A stretch of DNA of 56,861 nucleotides. Origin: an uncultured Oscillospiraceae bacterium (lineage in GTDB: Bacteria; Bacillota; Clostridia; UMGS1883). The translations under genes and the position numbers were made by a program. Positions 8,867 through 15,294 of the stretch are shown here, piece by piece (position 1 is the stretch's first letter; each line of letters starts with the position of its first letter). The notes under the pieces were generated by a model. The model was given only the letters and a program-made list of their open reading frames with translations, did no database searches and was not told the DNA's origin. The DNA lies in the NCBI GenBank assembly GCA_964604405.1, contig CAZRYW010000001.1:1-56861 (forward strand), read 5' to 3'.

Positions 8867-8996
8867 GTTGAAAAAAAGTGAGCGATTCAAACACAAAAGA
8901 GATCTTATAGAAGCATTGTTTGATGAAGACGAAACATATGAAATTGAAGAAGTGGAAGAAATGACGGAGAGATTTTTGAAAGGAAGTGTGCGATAG
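8847..8996 (+). CDS. Small (49 aa) acidic hypothetical protein upstream of the sheath gene
   Basis: This ORF is not in the track because it is under 60 aa. GTG 8847 lies 7 nt after GGAGGAG (8833-8839). The frame stays open to TAG 8994-8996, which abuts the sheath ATG at 8997. Confidence 0.4.
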   Translation: MEYTKDELKKSERFKHKRDLIEALFDEDETYEIEEVEEMTERFLKGSVR

Positions 8997-10301
8997 ATGG
9001 CTTTGGGCGGAGGCACGTTTACAAATTACAATAAGGTTTTGCCGGGCACGTATATAAATTTTGTGTCGGCACTTTCGGCATCGGGAGAGGTGTCGGAGCG
9101 AGGCGTGTGCGCAGTTGCGATGGAGCTTGACTGGGGAGAAGAAGATGACTTCTTTTGTGTGACGGCAGAAGATTTTTATTCGAAAAGCGTGAAAATTTTC
9201 GGGTATGATTATACGCATAATAAAATGAAATGTTTGAGAGATTTGTTTTTGAATGCATCAAAGGTTTATGTGTACAGACTCGGAAACGGTGTGAAAGCAA
9301 GTAACGATTTGGCGCAGGCACTTTATGCGGGAGTGTGCGGAAACAACATAAAAATCAAAGTGAGCGAAAGCATTGATGACGACGGATTTTTTGATGTGTA
9401 TACATATTACAATAATGTGTGCAAGGACAGACAAACTGTGAAAAATGCGGCGGATTTGAAAGACAATGATTTCGTGACATGGAAAACGGAAAAAGCGCTT
9501 GCGATTTGCGGAGCGACAGCTTTGTCGGGAGGAACAAACGCCACCGTTACGGGGGAGGATTATCAGAAGTTTCTCGATAAATGCGAGAGTATCAGCTTTA
9601 ATGTGCTGGCGGCGGCAACGAAAAACGAGAGCGTTAACTCGCTTGTTGCGGCGTATACAAAGAGAATGAGAGAAGAGAGAGGAATTAAATTCCAGAGCGT
9701 ACTTTACAAAACGGAAGCGGACGACATGGGCGTAATCAACGTGGAAACGAGTGTGTCGGATAAAGCTTTCGGAGAGGAAAGTTTTGTGTGGTTCGTTGCG
9801 GGGGCCGAAGCGGGATGTGAGATTTCGAAAAGTCTTACAAACAGAGTGTATAACGGCTCTTTTACATTGGGACCGTCGCTGTCGCAGAGCGATTTGGAAA
9901 AAAGCATTGAAAAAGGCAAATTCGTCGCACACAAAGTTGACGACGAATGGAGAATTTTGTCGGATATAAATTCGCTTGTGACACTCTCAAGTGAGGTCGG
10001 TGATGTTTTTAAGGAAAATCAAACAATCAGAATCATAGATCAGATTGCATGTGATGACGCAAAGCTTTTCAAGACGAAGTATTTGGGAGTGGTTCCGAAT
10101 GACGAAGCGGGAAGAATATCGCTTTGGAACGATATTACGGAGCACAGAAAGACGTTGGTGCAGATGAGAGCCATAGAACCGTTTAAGGATGAGGACATAG
10201 AAGTTAAAAAGGGAAAAAGCAAAACAAGCGTTGTTATACAAAGTAAGATTTGTCCGATAAATTCGATGACACAGCTGTATATTTCAACGACGGTGGAATA
10301 G
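8997..10301 (+). CDS. Contractile tail sheath protein (XkdK-like)
   Basis: 434 aa with the N-terminus GGGTFTNYNKVLPGTYINF, characteristic of PBSX-type sheath proteins. The tube gene follows. Confidence 0.85.
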   Translation: MALGGGTFTNYNKVLPGTYINFVSALSASGEVSERGVCAVAMELDWGEEDDFFCVTAEDFYSKSVKIFGYDYTHNKMKCLRDLFLNASKVYVYRLGNGVKASNDLAQALYAGVCGNNIKIKVSESIDDDGFFDVYTYYNNVCKDRQTVKNAADLKDNDFVTWKTEKALAICGATALSGGTNATVTGEDYQKFLDKCESISFNVLAAATKNESVNSLVAAYTKRMREERGIKFQSVLYKTEADDMGVINVETSVSDKAFGEESFVWFVAGAEAGCEISKSLTNRVYNGSFTLGPSLSQSDLEKSIEKGKFVAHKVDDEWRILSDINSLVTLSSEVGDVFKENQTIRIIDQIACDDAKLFKTKYLGVVPNDEAGRISLWNDITEHRKTLVQMRAIEPFKDEDIEVKKGKSKTSVVIQSKICPINSMTQLYISTTVE

Positions 10302-10311
10302 GAGGAATAAA

Positions 10312-10785
10312 ATGGCGACGATTACAATGAACGGCAGCGACGCTGTCTCCGCATCGCTTGCGGAATGTTATGTGACGGTCGGATCGAACCGATACAATTT
10401 TATGCAGATGATTAATTTTAAGGCATCAATCACGAAAAACAAAAACACGATACCGATTTTGGGGCAGACGGGTCGAGGAAACAAGGCTAACGGTTGGAGC
10501 GGAGTTTTTAAAGGCAAAGCGCACTACAATCAGTCGATTTTCAGAAGTATGCTGATGGAATATAAGGAAAGCGGGGAGGATATTTATTTTGATATTCAGG
10601 TGACAAACAACGACCCCGCAAGCAGCGCCGGAAATCAGACGATGGTGTTTACGGGATGCAATATCGACGGAGGTATTTTGGCGGCATTTGACGCAGAGGG
10701 TGATTATTTGACGGAGGAAATCACGGGAACGTTTGAAGATTTTAAAATGCCGAAGAAGTTCGGATTGCTGGACGGAATGATGTGA
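10312..10785 (+). CDS. Tail tube protein (XkdM-like)
   Basis: 157 aa, immediately after the sheath, with XkdM-like size and sequence character. Confidence 0.8.
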   Translation: MATITMNGSDAVSASLAECYVTVGSNRYNFMQMINFKASITKNKNTIPILGQTGRGNKANGWSGVFKGKAHYNQSIFRSMLMEYKESGEDIYFDIQVTNNDPASSAGNQTMVFTGCNIDGGILAAFDAEGDYLTEEITGTFEDFKMPKKFGLLDGMM

Positions 10786-10794
10786 TAAAAAAAG

Positions 10795-10818
10795 ACCTGC
10801 GGGACTTTTCCCGCAGGT
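10795..10818. promoter_or_regulatory. Perfect 10-bp hairpin between the tube and chaperone genes
   Basis: acctgcggga (10795-10804), cttt loop, tcccgcaggt (10809-10818). The A-run lies upstream and there is no T-run downstream on the + strand. Confidence 0.6.
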
Positions 10819-10834
10819 TAAAAAGGAGTTTTAA

Positions 10835-11248
10835 ATGGACGGTTTGAAATATTTTTTGAAAGAGAACAAGGCGAGAAGCGAAAACGTTTTTTATAAGGCG
10901 ACGGAGTCGATGAAAGACGAGAACGGTGAAACGCTCGCCTGGGAAATAAGACATATCACGACGAGTGAAGACGAAAGAATCAGAGAAGAATGTACGAAGC
11001 GCGAAAACGGTAAAGTGAGAATAGATTACGGAAAATATTTGAAAAAGCTGGCGGTGGCAAGTGTCGTTTATCCTCCGCTTTACAATGCTCGGTTGCAGGA
11101 TTCGTACAATGTGAAAAATCCCGAAGAATTGTTGAATGAAATGATAGACAATCCCGGAGAATATCAGGAGTTTGTGAGGTTTTTGCAGAAGATTAACGGA
11201 TTTGACGTGAGCATGACGGAGAGGGTGGAAAAAGCAAAAAACTCATAA
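10835..11248 (+). CDS. Tail assembly chaperone (XkdN-like), zero-frame product
   Basis: 137 aa in the position between the tube gene and the expected tape-measure gene. It ends in the slippery sequence A AAA AAC (11236-11242). Confidence 0.75.
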   Translation: MDGLKYFLKENKARSENVFYKATESMKDENGETLAWEIRHITTSEDERIREECTKRENGKVRIDYGKYLKKLAVASVVYPPLYNARLQDSYNVKNPEELLNEMIDNPGEYQEFVRFLQKINGFDVSMTERVEKAKNS

Positions 11249-11394
11249 GTGAAGGTGACGGAGACGCAGTTTATGCGTACTGGTGCCTTCACAATTTGAA
11301 GATGCTTCCGAGTGAATTTGTGAACTTGGATAAAAACGAAAAAGCTTTTATCATTGCCGCTGTGGAAGTTTTTTTGGAAAGGACGGATGTGTGA
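10835..11394 (+). CDS. Tail assembly chaperone, predicted -1 frameshift fusion product (G-T type)
   Basis: A -1 slip at A AAA AAC (11236-11242) opens a 51-codon frame (LISEGDGDAVYAYWCLHNLKMLPSEFVNLDKNEKAFIIAAVEVFLERTDV) that ends at TGA 11392-11394. Confidence 0.6.
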
Positions 11395-12030
11395 ATGTAC
11401 ATGCTCTATATTGACAAAATACTTTTTCCCGTTGCACCGGGGAAAATTGTTGTCGAAACACAGATGGGGAATAAAACGATACGACTTGCGGACGGAAGCG
11501 AGGCGTCGCTGAGAGGCGGAAAAGGATTGAGAAAAATTTCGTTTGAAGTTTTGTTGCCACAGGTGCAATACCCTTTCGCACGATATGAAAGCGGGTTTAA
11601 GGACGCATTGTATTTTGCCGACGAACTCGAGAGAATCGCAAGCGAAAACAAACCTGTTTGGCTTGATATATACAAAACGTTTCCCGATATGAGCAAGACT
11701 TATTTGACTAACATTCAGGTATTGATTGAAAATATAAAAATCACGGAAGACGCCGAAAACGGGGCTGACGTGAAAGCGGAAATTGTTTTGAGGGAATACA
11801 GAAATGTTCAAACAAAAATCACCGAGGATAAAAAAAGCGTATCTGCCCAAACGAGGACGGACTCGTTTGAAGTGCCGCAATACTATACGGTTTGTTCGGG
11901 AGACAGTTTGTGGTATATTGCGAAAAAATATTTGGATGACTCGTCGATGTATACATATTTGGCGCAGATAAATTCGATAAAGTATCCGTATACGATTTAT
12001 GTGGGGCAAAAGTTGAAGTTGAGGGAATGA
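11395..12030 (+). CDS. LysM-domain tail protein (XkdP-like)
   Basis: C-terminal LysM motif (YYTVCSGDSLWYIAKKYL...YLAQINSIKYPYTIYVGQKLKL) and a position ahead of the XkdQ-like gene. Confidence 0.8.
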   Translation: MYMLYIDKILFPVAPGKIVVETQMGNKTIRLADGSEASLRGGKGLRKISFEVLLPQVQYPFARYESGFKDALYFADELERIASENKPVWLDIYKTFPDMSKTYLTNIQVLIENIKITEDAENGADVKAEIVLREYRNVQTKITEDKKSVSAQTRTDSFEVPQYYTVCSGDSLWYIAKKYLDDSSMYTYLAQINSIKYPYTIYVGQKLKLRE

Positions 12031-12031
12031 T

Positions 12032-13063
12032 ATGCAGACGAACATAAAAACGAGGTTGAATTATTATAAAGGGGTATACAGAGACGGATTTTCGGCAGAG
12101 TCGGACGGCGACAGACTTGAAATTTTCGTGAAAAGCAAGCTTAAGGTTTATAAAATAATTCCCGTGGAAAAGGTGAGCATAGATATGGAAGAGTTTACGG
12201 CAACCAAAGCGAGGTTCACGGTGAAAAAAGACGACGTGATAAGCTTTAATCAAGGGGATGGCGTGAGCATAAAGTACATGGGCGAAGGATTGTTTTTCGG
12301 ATATGTGTTCACAAAATGCAGAGAAAGAGAAAATTTGATAGATGTTGTTTGTTATGACCAGCTGAGGTACATGAAAAACAGACGCACGTACACGAGAGGG
12401 AAAATGAGACTCGATGAAATCGTCAACAAAATCGCAGACGACTATTTTTTGAAAAAAGGTGAAATAGAAAAGTGCGGCGTGAGTTTAGAATCGGTTGCGG
12501 CAGACAACGTCAGTTTGTTGGATGTGGTGAAGAAAGCCTGCAAGGACGTGAAAGACAAGAGCGGGGAAAAATATATTGTCTTTGACGATTGCGGTGAAAT
12601 AGTGCTGAAAAACGAAAAAAACATGATGACGGATATTGTGATAGATGAAGAGTGCGTCGGAAATTACAAATATACGGATACAATAGACGAAGGCGTTTAC
12701 AACATGGTTGAGGTGTATTCGGATAAAAAACGATACAATACGAGATATACGGCGACGGTGAGCGATAAAGAAAATATGGAAAAGTGGGGAACGTTGATTT
12801 TGTCGAAAAAAGCGACAAAGTTCGGAGAAGAATTGTCGGAAGCGAAAACTCTTTTGAAGGAATATAACAGAATACAAAGAGAGATTATCGTGAAAAACGT
12901 TCCCGGAGACACAAGAATAATACCCGGAGGAAGTTTGTATGTCGGATTCAGTATGGGAGATCTGAATTTGGACGGATATATGCGGGTGAAAAAAGCGGTG
13001 CATGTTTTTGAAAACAATACGTATTTGTGTGATGTTTATTTGGACGGGAGTGAGCTGGAATGA
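12032..13063 (+). CDS. Baseplate hub / late-control-D-like protein (XkdQ-like)
   Basis: 343 aa in a position and at a size matching XkdQ/YqbQ. Confidence 0.65.
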   Translation: MQTNIKTRLNYYKGVYRDGFSAESDGDRLEIFVKSKLKVYKIIPVEKVSIDMEEFTATKARFTVKKDDVISFNQGDGVSIKYMGEGLFFGYVFTKCRERENLIDVVCYDQLRYMKNRRTYTRGKMRLDEIVNKIADDYFLKKGEIEKCGVSLESVAADNVSLLDVVKKACKDVKDKSGEKYIVFDDCGEIVLKNEKNMMTDIVIDEECVGNYKYTDTIDEGVYNMVEVYSDKKRYNTRYTATVSDKENMEKWGTLILSKKATKFGEELSEAKTLLKEYNRIQREIIVKNVPGDTRIIPGGSLYVGFSMGDLNLDGYMRVKKAVHVFENNTYLCDVYLDGSELE

Positions 13064-13359
13064 ATATTGCGGAGGCGATAAAAAAATGTGCGCTTGACGC
13101 ATATAATGCGGCGCTTCCTTGTGAAGTTTGTGTGGGGAGCGTTGTGTGCGAAGACCCGATTGAAATAAAATGCGGGGAGTTTTGTTTGTCGGGAGATTTG
13201 CTCGACGTTTGCGATCATCTTTTGAAAAAAGAGTGTTCGTTTAAGTATGCGGGTACGGAAAAAGTGATTGTGGTGAACGAGGGGATAAAAAAAGGTGACG
13301 AAGTTGTTCTCATGAGGAAAAACGGCGGAGTGGGGTATGTTGCGATAGGGAAAATGTGA
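13060..13359 (+). CDS. Small baseplate/spike-associated protein (XkdR-like, DUF2577-type), unusually Cys-rich
   Basis: 99 aa, overlaps the previous stop (ATGA), has a C-terminal GDEVVLMRKNGG..YVAIGK pattern, and contains 8 Cys. Confidence 0.6.
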   Translation: MNIAEAIKKCALDAYNAALPCEVCVGSVVCEDPIEIKCGEFCLSGDLLDVCDHLLKKECSFKYAGTEKVIVVNEGIKKGDEVVLMRKNGGVGYVAIGKM

Positions 13360-13373
13360 TGGGAGAGTGAAAA

Positions 13374-13763
13374 ATGTTACCGATAAGCTCGATTGATGCG
13401 ACGGATGAGAGAAATAGCGAAACAAACAAGACGTTTGAAATTGATTTTGAAAACGGAAAAATCGGCGGCGTGATAGACTCGAAAGAGGCTTTGAAGCAGG
13501 CGGTGCATATTGCCGTTATTACAGAAAGATATAAATATGCGATATTTCCTCACAGCTACGGAACGGAGCTGGAAAGTGCTTTGGACGAAGGGTACGTGAA
13601 GGGGATGGGAAGAGTTAAAAACGCAATTTGCGAAAGTTTGCTTTGCGATGAAAGAATAAAAGCGGTGGAGGATTTTGAGTTTGAGCGGCACGGCGGTGCA
13701 ATGAGCGTGAAGTTTAAGGTTGTAAGTTCTTTGGGAGATATTGATGTGACGGAGGTGATTTGA
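13374..13763 (+). CDS. Baseplate wedge protein (XkdS-like, DUF2634 / gp25-W-like)
   Basis: 129 aa with the strings EALKQAVHIAVITERYKYAIFPHSYG and ERIKAVEDFEF, typical of this family. Confidence 0.7.
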   Translation: MLPISSIDATDERNSETNKTFEIDFENGKIGGVIDSKEALKQAVHIAVITERYKYAIFPHSYGTELESALDEGYVKGMGRVKNAICESLLCDERIKAVEDFEFERHGGAMSVKFKVVSSLGDIDVTEVI

Positions 13764-14803
13764 TGGCGATTACGTATGAATCGTTGCGTGAAAGCTTTTT
13801 GAAGGATATATCAGACGAGTATGACAAAAGAGAGGGTACTGTATCGTATATGATGGCGTCTGCCGTGGCGATGGCTACGATGGATATGTATGATTATATA
13901 GATAAGATGCAGAGCGAGTGTTATTTGGAGACGGCGACTGGGGCAAACCTTGAACGACTTTGTGCGATTACGGGTATCGAAAGACGGGGAGAAACGAAAG
14001 CAATCGTGAAAATCGAGGGCGGTGACGGCTTGCGATGCGGAGACAAGGTTGCTTGTGAAGATATGAGCTATACCGTGATAAGCGAGGAAGACGGTTGGTT
14101 TAAAGCGGAGGCGGATATTGCAGGAAGTGCGGCTAACGGTTATATCGGAGAGGTTGTTGCCGAAAACAGAGCGGATATTACGGATGAGATTAACATAGTG
14201 TCGATTATCGCAAAAGGAAGTGACAAAGAGGATGACGACTCTTTCAGAAAAAGATTTATCGATATGGTGAAATGCCCGGTTTGCCCCGGAAATGTGAGAT
14301 ATTACAAAGAGATTGTAGATACGATTGCGGGAATCGGAGGACGAAGAATAATTCCCGCAGAAGAGGGAGCGGGCGAAATAAGAGTTGTGATTACCGATAC
14401 TGATTATGCTGTGGCATCGGAAGATTTGGTGGATTATGTGCAGGAGGTTTTGGACCCGAAAGATAAGTCGGGACTGGGTTACGGGTTGGCACCGATAGGG
14501 CATAAGGTGAAAGTCGAAAGCGTTGAAAAGGTGAATGTTGATATTAAAGTGGAGCTGAAAGGTGTAACTACGGACGCATATTATCTGCGCTTGGCGAGAA
14601 GTCGATTGCCTGCTCTTTTTGAAAAAATCAACGAGGATTGGGATAAGACGGATTATATTGTGTTAAGAGACCGTGTAATCGAGGATTGCTTTTTGGATTT
14701 GGGTGTTGAAGACGTGAGCGTGGTATCCATAAACGAAAATGTAAACCGTTTGATTTTGAAGCCTAATCAGATATTGGGGGATGTGAGCATAAGTGGCACG
14801 TGA
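13760..14803 (+). CDS. Baseplate J-like protein (XkdT-like)
   Basis: 347 aa, overlaps the previous stop, and matches baseplate J in size and position. Confidence 0.75.
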   Translation: MMAITYESLRESFLKDISDEYDKREGTVSYMMASAVAMATMDMYDYIDKMQSECYLETATGANLERLCAITGIERRGETKAIVKIEGGDGLRCGDKVACEDMSYTVISEEDGWFKAEADIAGSAANGYIGEVVAENRADITDEINIVSIIAKGSDKEDDDSFRKRFIDMVKCPVCPGNVRYYKEIVDTIAGIGGRRIIPAEEGAGEIRVVITDTDYAVASEDLVDYVQEVLDPKDKSGLGYGLAPIGHKVKVESVEKVNVDIKVELKGVTTDAYYLRLARSRLPALFEKINEDWDKTDYIVLRDRVIEDCFLDLGVEDVSVVSINENVNRLILKPNQILGDVSISGT

Positions 14804-15227
14804 GATGGCGGTGTTTTATCCGGATTATCTGTCGGATTTTGAAGAATTGAAAGAGATATCGAATGCACAAAGAAGATGCTATCTTGCCGTACAAACCGCG
14901 GCATCGAGAGCGAAGCAGAGAATGACGTTTTATTTGAGAAGCGACGAATGGAAAGAGATACTGGAATTGAATTACGCTAATGCGGATTGGCGAGACAAAA
15001 CGTATACTATGTTGCACCGATATACGTCCGTATCGAAAGAAGAATACGAAAAGATGGTGTCAAGCAGGTTGGATGATGACTTTGTGCTGGATATTGATTA
15101 TGAAAAGAAGTCTGTTGTGCTGAAAACAACGGCGAAAAAGTACGATGTGAATAAAATCATGGGATACATCAGGGATATGTTTCCGTGCAATATGACTTTT
15201 GAAGCGGTGTATGTGAGCGAGCTGTAA
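14793..15227 (+). CDS. Baseplate/tail protein XkdU-like (DUF2313/YmfQ-type)
   Basis: About 140 aa with an N-terminal YPDYL motif, located after baseplate J. The start is GTG 14793 or ATG 14805. Confidence 0.6.
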   Translation: MAREMAVFYPDYLSDFEELKEISNAQRRCYLAVQTAASRAKQRMTFYLRSDEWKEILELNYANADWRDKTYTMLHRYTSVSKEEYEKMVSSRLDDDFVLDIDYEKKSVVLKTTAKKYDVNKIMGYIRDMFPCNMTFEAVYVSEL

Positions 15228-15233
15228 AAGATG

Positions 15234-15262
15234 TTGACAAATAATTTCTTCGGCTGTAAAAT
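15234..15262 (+). promoter_or_regulatory. Near-consensus sigma-A promoter for the lectin-metalloprotease gene
   Basis: TTGACA (15234-15239), 17-nt spacer, TAAAAT (15257-15262). Confidence 0.6.
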
Positions 15263-15294
15263 GGAGTCATATGAAAAAGGAAGGGGAAATTATA

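Larger units (their letters stand above)
2375..15227 (+). mobile_element. PBSX-like phage-derived head plus contractile-tail gene cluster (structural genes only; defective prophage or domesticated GTA/tailocin-like element)
   Basis: About 20 co-directional ORFs with overlapping or abutting junctions. The order is terS, terL, portal, scaffold, capsid, connectors, sheath, tube, chaperone, LysM, XkdQ/R/S, baseplate J, XkdU. No integrase, lysis or regulatory genes are visible. Confidence 0.85.
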
